NCBI GenBank assembly: GCA_032718475.1 | Contig: JAUCBJ010000859.1 | Location: 19,489 to 83,488, forward strand | Reading direction: 5' to 3' | Length of the DNA: 64,000 nucleotides | Source of the DNA: Nemertoderma westbladi | Taxonomy: Eukaryota; Animalia; Xenacoelomorpha | Shown: positions 1-12,593 of the stretch, piece after piece | Layout: the number at the start of each line of letters is the position of its first letter | Numbering within the stretch: position 1 is the stretch's first letter | Translations under genes and position numbers: made by a program | Notes under the pieces: generated by a model | Seen by the model: the letters and a program-made list of their open reading frames with translations, nothing else | Databases searched by the model: none | What the model was told of the DNA's origin: nothing

Positions 1-1990
1 TTTTCACTGGTTGATTGGTACAGCATTTGTGATAAAAACAGATCACAAATCATTACTTCATGCAATTCAAACGAAGAAACCAATTCCACAGCAAGCAAGA
101 TGGTTGTCGTATATTTCAAAATTTAATTGTTCTATAGAACATGTGTCAGGTGCCTCCAACGTGGTGGCTGATTCATTGTCAAGAAACTGCGAAAATATTA
201 GTGTGGAATTTGACGAGGCGTTAGCTCAAGCTCAGTTAAAAGACAAAACTTTAATTAATTTTTTCAATACCACCACTTTACCGTTGAGTAAGGTAAAGAT
301 CGGTCATTCAATTCTCGTGTGTGACAATTCAAAGGAATATCTCCGACCTTATGTGCCAACGGATATGCGGTTTCAATTGTTTAAACAAATGCATGAATTA
401 GCCCACACCGGGGCGCGGCCAACTTTAAACATGGTATCAGATGATAATACATTTGGCCTGGAATGAGAAAGGATATTAGAAAGTAGTTTAGACAATGTTT
501 ATGTTGTCAACAATGTAAATTACTCGAAAAAAGACAAAATGTGACAGTGACTTAAGACATACGACTCATGAGTTACCAGTGAGTCGCGAGCCTACGTAAT
601 CTTAAATATCATCGAAACATTAAACTAATAAAGACCTACTACCCTATGTAATGCAGCATCGATCTACTTAGAAATAAACAATACCAGAGAAGTGTGGGAG
701 TTTATTGCATATTATAGAAGTTGGTAAATATGAAGCTGATGGAGATGAATCAGATTTAGAGGATCACTATTAGATTCTGGTGAACGAACAACGAACAAAC
801 AACATTACATAATAAATTAAATATGGTTAATATTAAATTTTGATTTACAGCTGTTTTTATTTGAAACGCTGTAATAAAGTTTATATTTTTCAATTCATTG
901 TTTGCAATATTTAGTTTTAGAAATATTTCTAAACAAGTTTAAAAAATTTAGAAATCACTATTTTTATTTATAAATTTCACCAACATATTTAGAAAAAAAA
1001 AACCCTGGCCCACAGAAATCGTGTCGGATAGTGTGCTCAATTCGAATCGGCTGTCTGGGCCGAACTAATGCGATTATTGGGAATAACCCGGAAACGAACT
1101 ACTTCATATAACGAGCAATGTAACGGTGCTATAGTACAGAGCGTTTTCATCGAACTCTAAAAAACCCTTTACGATGTCACGCAACGAACTCAACATGGTC
1201 GGACTCATTACCTTTGACATTACTTGGGGTACGTTATAGTATATCTCCAGATGGGTTCAGTCCGAAGCAAATGGTGTACGGCGGAACAGTAGATCTCCCT
1301 TATTAATCATTTGCACCTGTTGAACCAGTTTCAAATCCTAGAAATTTACCGGATTATATGAAAGATCTATTTAATACTATAAATTCTTTCGCAGCACCAG
1401 TTAGAAACTACAATGCGCCAACCTATGTGTCCAATGTGATGACAGATATAAAACACGTTTGGATACGTAATGACCGTCTTAAATCATCGCTTAGCGAAAG
1501 ATATACTGGTCCATATGAGATCATCGACCGTGATGAAAATACTGTTACCATCGAAATAAAAGGCAAACCAAATATAATTTCTATTGATAGAACAAAGATC
1601 TTATAAATAATGAATTTAAACCTGGAACTGTTGTCATGCAAAACAACCTTGTTGGCCTTGTTGGGGATTATCCTTGTTGGCCAGGAGTTACTAAACCGAA
1701 TCCAGACTGCCAATCATCTAAAGTGGTGGTGTCGTTTTTTGGAAGCGATCGTGAAGGGTTGATATCAAGGAACAGTTTAACATTATTCAACTCAGATGGA
1801 AACATCATGGAAACATCAACTCACAATGGAAACATATCAAGTATGAAATCCGAGCTTTTAAGAAAGCGATAGAACTTGCCCAACGTGATTTACTAACTAG
1901 AAATACTAATATTGTTGTAAGGAAACAAAAAAAATTGTGAGATTTAAAGTACAACCGTCGTATAAATTTTTTTAAAGTATCTCACGTTCC
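1..1990 (+). mobile_element. Ty3/Gypsy LTR retrotransposon pol remnant (RNase H end, integrase, C-terminal PWWP), degraded
   Basis: ORF 11-466 has TDHKSL..QARWLSYI..HVSGASNVVADSLSR (RNase H end) and HELAHTG (integrase Zn finger); integrase core FHRTLK near 1144-1162; GPY module (YTGPYEI) in 1358-1606; stops, frameshifts and an unrelated AT-rich insert at about 520-1005. Confidence 0.85.
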
Positions 1991-2010
1991 GCTACTAATA
2001 AGAGGGGTCA

Positions 2011-2260
2011 TGTAAGGTCTAGAATTAGTAATACTGTAATACTTGTGGTGGAATAACGCACAGTCGCCCCACAGAGTGTACCGTAGGCCTATGTCCCTGA
2101 TGGTAGGAGATTAGTGAATACTGTCTACAGTTCTGGGATTCTGTGAGTCAGTGATTTATTTATGCTTTATATTGTTACACGTGTTGTCTTAAATACTACT
2201 AACTATTAAATATGATTAAATTACATTTATTGATTATGATATTATTATTCATACATCACT
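2011..2260 (+). repeat. Probable 3' LTR of the Gypsy element
   Basis: Polypurine tract AAGAGGGG at ~2000-2007 followed by TGTAAGG at 2011; right boundary uncertain (TTACA at 2221-2225 or slightly later). Confidence 0.45.
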
Positions 2261-2269
2261 TATAGTCAT

Positions 2270-3243
2270 CTCCATCCAGTATTTTTCGTGATAAAATTTT
2301 CAATTTTTTTACGGTTCAATAAAATTAAATTATTTGCTGGGGCACGAAAAAACAAGTAGTGGAAATACGATATAATGAAAACTTAAAACCAAACTAAATT
2401 TATTTTATGAGTTTTGATATAAAGGCATTTAATTTATCCAACGGATAAGTAAAATAAGTAGTTTATAAAAATTAATACAGTAATAGGAAGCACATTATGG
2501 TAAAAGTAAATAAAATAGATATAAATATTAATTACACAGCCACATATTAGGGGGTTATTATTTAAATAAAATCGGGTATTGTAATATTTATATTTTATAT
2601 ATTTTATGAGTTTTATGGCCCATATGGGTTTTTTGGGATGCTAATATGACGCTTAAAATTATCGTACCTTGTTGATCACGGCATTTTTAGATACGTGTCA
2701 ATGTTCAACACACGAAAATACAAGTCTAGCACAAATTTGATTATCAAAAATAATTATCAAATCAACCTGATTTTATGACATTATGGGTTTTCTGGGATGC
2801 TGATCACGAATAAGACACTCAAAAATGTCGCATTATCCAACCAAATTCGATTTTTGCCGTTTGAATTTTTATGCTAGGCCTACTTGTTTTATTCGTCCCA
2901 CCAGACAAGCAGCACAAATAATAGTTGCGTTACCAGGAATGATTTTTAACGAGTCATATCGTGATTAGCGGCCTCGAAAACCAGTAGCTTCAGAATAATC
3001 ATCAAGATAAACACAAAACCTTGTGGTTTGACATTTATTACTTGTATTTTTCGTCCTGGGGGATTAAAATAGCACCAAAAATTATGGTTGCATTCCCAAA
3101 AATATTTTTAACAAGTTGTATCGCGATAAGCGTTCTTGGAAACCCTTATACAATCAAAATTGAAAATTTTGAGCCAAGAATTAAAAAATTTATAAAATGA
3201 CCCACCCCCCCCCCCCCCCCCCCGCCCCGCCAGATAGGGTTAA
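2270..3243. mobile_element. Partial non-autonomous piggyBac-like element, same family as 30718-31903
   Basis: Colinear similarity to 30900-31907 and same right end GCCAGATAGGG-TTAA; left part missing next to the Gypsy LTR. Confidence 0.6.
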
Positions 3244-3949
3244 GAAATATAAAATCTAATCAAATCTAAAATTTTGCGCCGCCACCACACCCTATACCTA
3301 ACACCCTATACCCCACAATTTTGCGAGATTATCCGCATCATCAGGGCTAGTGTCATTTAAGATGCGTCTCAACAAAGTCATAGACAGTCAAAGCAAGACT
3401 GGTGCTAATGGCAAATCAATGCCCTACGAAGTGGAGACGGCCCCATTAAAGTGTCAAGTTTGGGGGGGGAACAATGAGAAACTTATAATGCTGTACAGTG
3501 GTTTTTCATGGATAATAATGTATTTATTGTACTTGACACAGTAAACCCGACATAGCATTCTTAGTGCCATACAAAGATTAAGGGGTCATCAACACAACAG
3601 TTGAGCCAAGCATGGAATTCAATAGTCAATAGCAGCCAATTCAATGGCCCTCAAACCTTCTTCCCCTAATGTATTGGAATGTCTTCACCCTGACTTCCGC
3701 ACCCATGATCCAAAGTAGCTGGGTGTGCCAGTGCACCACAAAATTATACACCATGCGGCAAATAATAATTTTCATGTAAATAGCATTAATAGTCTAGATC
3801 AGATTATATTCGCACTCCTTTTCTAACATAAATTCTATCGGCATGCCATACTGTATACACAACACAATTCAATATTTTTGATGGGTGACATGCTCAACAC
3901 CATCTATCTAACATTATTGATGAACATTATTCTTATTTCCACTTTTTAG

Positions 3950-4090
3950 GTGGATGTTATATGATAATGGCAATTTCAATGGCGATTCCATTACTAATGC
4001 CCATTTACCTCGAGAACTGCTTGGGCCAGGTGAATATACTGGTGGAGCCTTCTGGTCAACTTCTATACTCTCTGATAACACCATCTCCAG
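3950..4090 (+). CDS. Beta/gamma-crystallin-repeat protein, internal exon A
   Basis: TTTTTAG acceptor, GT donor, 141 nt, phase 2-2; reads WMLYDNGNFNG...LGPGEY...DNTIS, a Greek-key motif. Confidence 0.8.
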
Positions 4091-4496
4091 GTAGGTAATA
4101 GAGTAGAACAGATTTAGTTAGTAATAGCCGAGGTTTAGTTCCTCCTTTATTTGGTATTGGTTGGCTCAATGTTTATTTACAATCGCCACCCAATTGCAGC
4201 CAGCAAGTTGGCTGAGATCAAACCTAACCTGTTATTTTTTTACAATATACAATTTCTTGTTGACAGCAGTATTGGTACGTTGCAGGATATAGCTATTAAT
4301 AACCAGTTGGGCCTAGCTATATTATTATAACGTGGCTCCACACGCCTCCATAAATATAAGCTAACTTATTTATAACATAACTTATGTAATTTTTACATTT
4401 ATTTATATAGCAACTAATATAATTTGTGCAGTTTCTATCACTTATAATATATATACAATCATTTCGTAATGTTACAAATTTAGAATAAAACAACAT

Positions 4497-4630
4497 ACAT
4501 ACTTGTTGCAAAGTACTTTACAGTGTTCTGATCCTCGTGGCTTTATTTTCACTCACTCACTAACGTTCGTTTGTGTAACAACGCCACTCGGATCATCACA
4601 CTGTAAAGTGCTACTTTACACACAAGTATG
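4497..4630. repeat. Fold-back (palindromic) MITE-like repeat
   Basis: ACTTTACAGTGT..TGATCC..GTGGC mirrored by GCCAC..GGATCA..ACACTGTAAAGT, outer CATACTTGT/ACAAGTATG. Confidence 0.55.
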
Positions 4631-5635
4631 TAAATAGTTATTACTCTAATTCATTATTATCATTTTGGAGGTGCATTTCTTTCAGATCTTTTATATATTA
4701 TTTTATAAAGCCTTTACAGATATTAAATTTTATAACTAGAACCCAAATCCTCATCTAATAGATTTCCAACTATTAAATATCTGCGAAACAAACCACTTCA
4801 CACTTATTCACCATATCTAAACTAATCAACCTATTTTTAATTCACTGTGCCATTCATAAACACGTTCATATCTTTGATCTGCTATAATTGCAAATATACA
4901 CAATACTTCATATAAAAAGTGTAATTTTAGCATGGAGAATTCCTTCTGGAGTAAATAAATCTTTCCAGAACGTCTTCCATACCAAATAAAATCTTAACGT
5001 TTTAGATAGGCCGTGTAGGTGACAGCCAGACATATATTGATTATTGAAACAGTTGTCAGGGCATCTTCCATAGACCTAATGGTACCAGGATCCGGCCCCA
5101 ACCGGAAATATTACAGGTGTTACTGCTGTAGAGCGCAATCGCTATACTATACCTGTACGTTTCAATCCCTTTCCCTCTAGCGGAATAATAGGATCGCTTC
5201 CTTTGGCATTCTGCCCAATAGCTGCTCGATTCACCTAAGTTGTTATAATCTTTTCTTTACTTTATTGGTTAATAAGAATTCAATATATATTTCTCCCGAA
5301 TTTCTCTTAACGTTTCTTGTCTACAATAATTCAACTTCCTGGGTGCTGTCACTGTGTTGCGACACCCTACGGCGATGGGCTCCTTCCATTCAACTTCCAT
5401 TCAGTCACTTCAAAGGCCTAGCTAGGCCTACTTAAACTCAGATATCGCTACGCGAAACCTCCCTTCCTAGCCCATGTCCGCCACAATAAATAATTATTAT
5501 CAACATACAATATGTATGATTAATTATTGGGTTAAGTATATGTTTCCTTTGGTATTAAATTTTAAACCCTATTCGACAATTTTTTACATTCGACATGATG
5601 ATAAACATATAAACTCCATTACACTTTGTTTACAG

Positions 5636-5812
5636 TGCGCAACCAATCACTGTGCGCAACAGTGATGTTTCTATTGCGCTGTTTGATCATCATTTGTTCC
5701 GTGGTTGGAGCTTGGTTCTCGATTATTCCATTCCAAATGTACTCCTTTGGACAAACAGATTCGGATCCGCTATAGTGGTTGGTAATTCAACAAACTGGAA
5801 AGCATATGATAA
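5636..5812 (+). CDS. Beta/gamma-crystallin-repeat protein, internal exon B
   Basis: CTTTGTTTACAG acceptor, GTAAGT donor, 177 nt, phase 2-2, in frame with exon A: (S)AQPITVRNSDVSIALFDHHLFRGWSLVLDYSIPNVLLWTNRFGSAIVVGNSTNWKAYD. Confidence 0.82.
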
Positions 5813-8800
5813 GTAAGTTGTAATTTATTTATAAACTTATAAATCTAACTGTAAGCAGGCGTCTAGTGCAGACACCAATAAAAAATGGTACATCCTGCAC
5901 TTGGTGCAGATGCAGACCACAGTACAAAAAGAGAAAACACTAAATTCTACATATACTAACTGGCAAGGTAAATTATATAGTTTGAAAATTTACAATACAT
6001 TTGCAGTTGATCCGACTCAATTATTATTATTGAATTGGATGTCCAGGATTTGTAAGTCACATAGAAAAATTTGGAAACTTAATTTACTTAACTTAACTTA
6101 TTTAGAGCAGCGGTAGAACCATTACCATTACTTCTATATGGGAGTCAATGCTGTGCTCTTAGCTTAGCTCTTGCTCAGAGGATACAAAATCTCTGCATGG
6201 AATTTATACAAGAATTCCACATCAGTTTCTCTATGACAAGTGTTGAACTATGTACGTCTCTGCCAATCATACACGCTCCTTTCTCTGTCGAAATTCCAAC
6301 AGATCTAATCGTTGACGAGCTAAACAGACGAGCTAATCGTTCTAATTTATAAGTCAAACAGAAATAACCAAAACAATAAATCTGATTGGCTTCCAAAGCT
6401 ACTTAACATGAGTGCGGATGTCTTAGCACTCAGCGTTCACTTTCCACAGAGAAATACAGGTAGTTTGCTGGGCGGAACAATGTCGAATGTGAGAATATTT
6501 TAATATGCAAAAGGTGTGATATTAATTTCCCTAATGTCGAAACCTGTCCTTGGGCTGATTGAATTCAGCGATTTTTACTACTGTGCTACCCTAGCTACCG
6601 CTGTAAACTGCTGACCCGCTACTTTCAAATAACCGCCTAACGTCGAATATTGTAAGGTATTTCTAAACGTAATTTACCCAACTATTCTCCGCTATGCAGC
6701 GTACAAACTCTTAATTTTATTCTAAGTGCTAAAGTGCCTCAAATACACAGAATTGCATACTAATTACTAAGTATTCCAGAATGCGTATTACTAATTAATT
6801 ACGCTACTGAGTTATTCTAGCAACAGCCTAAATTCTGTATTATTGACCTAAAATCAATTAACAAGCATAAATTAGAAATAGAAACAATCAAGAAAATAGC
6901 GCCTATCTAAACATCACAATCGATAATCAGGCACTTTCTAAACAACACAAGATAAAGCAGCGTTAGCAACAGTAATCCGCCAATAACCTTACAGTGTTAG
7001 TGGCGGTTGTCAAACTGGAGTAGCATTAGTGTAGCACTAGTGTAAGAAGCCAAGGACACCCAAACTAAATGCGGTCTTCCTAGCTAAACCCACTAAATAG
7101 CGCTACAGCCCAACAACACTGAGACGAAATCTTGTTCGCCAGCCCCCTAAAGCCGTATTGACGACCGGTCCCCGGTCCTCTACTTTATTTGATTCGCCCG
7201 ACCACAACTACTGGCCCACGCCAGCGTTGCCACACATTGGATCCTCCACCTCTCCTTCCATCGCTTCCAACAGTGCGCCCGCGACGCCTACCGGTACCCT
7301 TAGCCCGACATCCTAAAGTGAGTAATTACCGTATAGGCACAAGCATAACAAACAGTCTGACAGTCGAAAATAAATCTTTATTAGGATTGCTACATTGCAA
7401 AGATTAAAGAAAATCAAGAGTCAGTTTAAGCAGTCATCATTATTCAAAGTCATAAATCATGTAACAGTAACAGCAGAAATCACCAATTTTTACAATCAAT
7501 GGAAGTACAAAATCACAAGAAGAATTAATAATTCACAACAACAAAACTGTAAGAATGACGCAATATTTTAACCATTGGTCGAACAAAATCCTACTGCTAT
7601 TAAACCAACCTAAATAGCTAAACCAATGAGAGAGCCGGATTATGGCTCTCGCCTCTCGAAATCCCTAAACCATTACCATATATGGTAATAAATCTGTCTC
7701 GGTGGGCTTATAGGTCCATCGCCGTAATATTAATTTGGCGATTATTAAAGCTCAATTTTGACGTTAATTTAGTATAACATTGATTTATAGAGAAATACAA
7801 ATGAAATTAATACAAACACACATCAGATTCAAACAATATCAAGAAACGGCAAATTCATATTTTTGTTTTATAAAAGTTTGCCACTGTAAATTAATATGCT
7901 AAGGTTTTATTATAAAAATTACGTAGGTAGGGCTACATACTGTATAAAATCGGTTGAATATAATGAACTTGTATATTTTATTTTCCCTATCTAATTACGG
8001 CTGTACATCAATACGACTTATCTAAATTATTATATACTGTATGATGAGTTGTTTTAGTACACTACGCCATATATCGTAACAACAAGTATAATGCACATAT
8101 GTATCTCCAACCCGACACGATAAATCATTGAATGTGTAGCACTATTAGTCTCAACAAGCTGCATTGCTTCACTCGAACAGGGAGAGCAGCCTCCGCTTTA
8201 AAGGTACACAATCTTGTACTTCCAGCCTCATGGAGAGAATAGGCTATGTTGACAACCCACACCTCTCGGACATAATTCTTTGTTTCGGATCTCAGAAATG
8301 AATTCAGCATACACGAAAACCTAAATATATATTTTTTGGACGGCCTAATCTGTGGTACTGTAGAAATTTTTCAAAAAATTTGACTACTTGTAATTTCGAG
8401 GTGCACCGTATCCCGGTAGGAGGCCCTAATCAAATCCCCCCCCCCCCCCCCCCCCCCTTCCGAGTTTAATAGCGTTAAGGGGAGGGGTACACCATTTTGG
8501 TCGAAAATATGTCAAAATTTTGTTATGGTTATACTGCACCATTGAATGGTGTTTCCAAATCTGAAAACCGCTATTTAATAGCTCTTTTAGTTTTCAAGTT
8601 ATATAAATTTCCATTTAGGGAATCCTATTGAAATTACTATTACTATTATGTATAATGAAAGGTTGATTGATTATCTCCAAATATTTTTTTTATGAAATTG
8701 TCAACTTCAAAACCCTACTACTTCTACAATTTTTGAGTAATTAGTCTGAAACTTTCTGTGGGTGTCTAGATAGCCACCCTGCATAAAAGTATCAGACAAC

Positions 8801-9206
8801 TTTTCGAAACTTTTTGTTAATAAAATTTAATACTATTTATAACAAACCTAAAAATTAGCATAAATTTTCATGCGCCACCTAGCGGTGCAGAAATATTTTA
8901 ACAAAATTTCGCCTGATAGTTATGTTGCCCCATCTTTGATCTATAATATAAAAAACATTTAATGTGATTAGGTTCAAAACTGTAAAAGCCTTAGGGTTTT
9001 AAGCGCAACCAAGTTTATTTTATTGTTAACTAGTATTAACTAATATTAAGTATCGAAAAATTTTTTTTTCTGACCTGTCAGGTAGAATAGCATCTTAGGC
9101 ACCTATATGCCAAATTTTAGCCAAAACCAAACAATTTTGAAACGCTGAGAGTGATAAATCGAAGAGTTGTCCGAAAATGGTGTACCCCCCACCCCCCCCC
9201 CCCCCC

Positions 9207-10314
9207 TGTTCGCGCTTTTAGACCTTTAGCAGTTTAACCTGCTAATTTTAGTTGTCTTCTTGTTTATAAATCGACTTTAACCTAGACCAATTATTTAATG
9301 TACTGAAGTTACATCCGCCGAAGCCAGTCTGTGCGCGATCTTTCACCCACAGTTAAGGGAGACTGGATTCGGGTGCTTTGAAGTTATTGCGGTGCAGACC
9401 TACTGTATCATTCGATTGATCGTTACTATATAATCTCTGACAAATATATTTACTTTCGGGGAAATATTAACAGTTCCTTTAGGACGTGGCGCTTTAAGTA
9501 TAAAAACAGAGTTATGACTTATACTAATCACAACTAGATGGCTACTGAGTTTCGTAAATAGCGCATTCTTTAGGAGATGCTTTATTATCAATCACACTAC
9601 TTCACACGACTTCACACTACTTCACACTGATCTGCCGACCGTCACTGAATTTGATCATATATAAGGAAGATCGCAACTGACACTTGTAGGGATTATGAAA
9701 TAGCATTTAATTCACACAAAAACCACTATAATGTAAGTCGCAGTTGCTACCGGTAACCTGTTCCTCTCACCTTCAGTAATCAAGAAAATTGGGGGTTTTA
9801 TGATTATTCATCGGTATTCTCCAAATATATCAGCAATATACATCAACAAATAACAACAATTAATAACAGAAGTAAATTAATGCGGTGAACAATCATCATG
9901 TGTTACGTAAGTCAGTCGTGCACAGTACTTATGTGTTATGAGCAGATAATAGATTTACGTTCTTGTAATCAAAGCCATCAGATGTTTAGGCCAAAGTCTG
10001 AAACTTCCAAAATCAGAAGTACAGAAGATTTCCAAGCAGTTCTCTCGCTCAGAAAGGTAAACAAAGACCGTAATGCATTGCGCGGTTTTCCATAGGCCCC
10101 TGTTCAACATAAAATGAAAATCGCTCTGATTGGCTGACTAGGACAAAGAGGTTCCACGTTTACAGGAAACCAGCTGACAGATTTCGTCATCTGAGCTCCA
10201 ATCTTTTAGAGTATTATGCGCATTGCGGCAAAAATGACTTGTTATGTCCGCTAAAGCACCTACACTGTGCATTGCAGGGAAAAATGACTTGTTATGTCCA
10301 CAAAAGCTTTTACA
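9207..10314 (-). repeat. 3' LTR of BEL/Pao element
   Basis: Matches 21951-23058 with about 13 substitutions counted by eye. Confidence 0.95.
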
Positions 10315-10391
10315 CCGCTCCCAGAAAATGGGATTTAATTCTATAAAATATAAAAATCACAGTTTCTAAAATATAAAAATACTCTAAACAG

Positions 10392-12593
10392 TTAGTCCTT
10401 CTTACGTGAACGGCGTTTACGAAGTTTTTTGAGGCTAGCAAGAGTCCTTTTCTCTTTGGGGCGAGCCACTTTACTAGGAGGGCTATAACTCCTGGGTGAA
10501 GGGTGCAATACAATTGCATCGGAAGGTTTAGGGTTACGGTCGGTGTATCCGCCGGTCGAGGTACCCGGTTGATCGATATCAACCTCAGTGGAACGAGGTC
10601 GAACAACCTTCAGAGTGCGTTTCAAGACAGCAGCTCTTACTGGTCCCTAACGAGTCGTCAGCACGAGAGTGGTAGGCAGACCGTGAATAGTGAGAAATTT
10701 CCTCGGTTTGATGGTTTTTCTAACTCGCGTTCTCGGGCTCTATATTCATAGGGTTGTCTATGAACTTCTTGTAGCTCTGGATACGAGTTTATGAACAAGT
10801 CACCGCGTGATTTATCAATGGTAGAAACTTTAAACTGTATGTAGGATCTTCCAGTTTCACCATATAATATTGAGTTAAATTGACATAATAAGGGTGGTCT
10901 TTGCTCCCATAAAATGAGTTAGGTAAAGGTCTAGCGCGTAGGTTGACCTCGTGTACCATACGACGGACAAGATCCACTCGATTGTCCGGAGGTTCAACGA
11001 GTATACCGTCGACACGAGCGGCCACGATTGGCGGACGTTGTAACATAGAAGCATCAGCGATAAGATCTCTAGATCTTAGGTTGATATCAACCGGTTGGGG
11101 TTGTACCGTGGTGAAGAGTTTGTCTCCGAAATGGGGAACCATTGAAGGATGAATAATGGTTTGGAATAGAGATCAGTCATAAGGATTTGAGCTTCTAGCT
11201 GGGCTAAAGCTGCTTCTTCTCTCTCATCCATTTCGATATGCTTCTCCTCGAGCTGATTTTCCTCCGCTTGTCGTTGGAAGCGTTCGTCCAAAAACTCTTG
11301 CAGAGAGTAAGTTCGTCCAAGTTCGATGTCTTCCTCGAGATCCTGAATTTCTCGATCGAACTGAGGTAAAGCTAATTATTTTACCGCTTGGACTTGCTGC
11401 TGCAATTTACGTTAATCTAAACAATCGTAAGTTCCTTTTCCGATCTTTTGCCGAATAGCATCTAACGCATTTCGTACAATGCCTTCCTCAACTTCGGTGA
11501 CGGGTTGTATCAGGGTTAAACCGGGACGATTATACGGGTTAAACGGCGATATTAAATGTCCGCATCCCAATCCGGCTAGGTAGGATGGGCGAATATCTAG
11601 AGAGCCCACTACCGGAGTGCCACCGATTAATTGTTCGGGTAACACTAGATCTTTGAACAGTGAGTACAGTTCGGGAGGATCCGTGATACTATTAGGATCA
11701 AGAGGCTGAGGTCTCACTAGGTAATGAGGAGGTCGGACCGAGTATTCCGGAACTCTGATCATCGGTTTATTTAAGGATCGTTTGAGCCGAGCGAGCGTAG
11801 GTGATACATCGAACAAGTTTCGCTCGAAACTCCCGTAAGTATAGCAAGTAAAACTGTGTTTAGCGCAACGTCTCCGCGGATGTTTATGTCTTTCCATTTG
11901 TTGGTTGGGTCTAGGGCATTCATCGCAATAATACCAAAGACGCACGTCTTGTAGGGGAAATGCGGGTGATCTTTCTCCAGTTTTACAATATTCCTCCATC
12001 TGTTCGAAGCTATCCGGTACAACAGGTAGAGGTCGATCGGCGGTAAGATACATCATAGTGAAATAGAGTCGTTTGAGTTCCATCATAGGGTCAGGATGTA
12101 TACCTTGAGGATATCGAGTTTCTAGGTTTTGTTGACTGGCTACATTGAGATATGTTTCTCTCAAGAATTCCAAATAGTCGTTGAAGTCACTACGTTTATC
12201 CGGCTCTTCAACATCTTCTCTTTCGAGTCGGTTTCGAATAGAATTTTCGTGTTCTATTCTCAGTTTATCGTTCCGACTCCGCTGGGTATGATATTTAAAG
12301 AGGATCATTTCCCTTTCAGTGTCTACATCGTCCGTATCGTGTAAATCGATAGGGTGACCAGTAGTTAAGAAGTCCATATACGTACCATTACGATGCGTAT
12401 AGCGAGCGGTGAATTTTCTATAGTCCAATTCACGCGTGAGTTGTTCCTTTGACATTGGCGGTTCGATATAACGGCCATCGCCCTCCGTAGTAGGTTGACT
12501 AGCGTCGCCGCGTATTAAACTATCAACAAACGCTTGCAATGGTAGGGTATATCGCTCCCTGATACCAAGATCATCTTCAATCAACTCAGTCAT
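10392..12593 (-). pseudogene. Extra orphan ORF of the BEL element at the env position (~700 aa before decay)
   Basis: 393 aa ORF 11412-12593 continues in frame through two TAA codons into 11076-11291, then shifts frame to 10789-11142 and 10392-10625; CDEC..H..H..C..H cluster and basic C-terminal tail. Confidence 0.6.

Noticed and set aside
3330-3720. Degraded RTE-like scraps (YFGSWVRKSG; also LLYGSQC near 6125)
   Set aside because: Too short and decayed to delimit
6900-7410. GC-richer stretch with short ORF
   Set aside because: No recognisable motif on either strand; likely TE debris
9400-10095. Duplicated short ORFs in the LTRs (also 22144-22839)
   Set aside because: Identical only because they lie in the LTR copies; no coding signal
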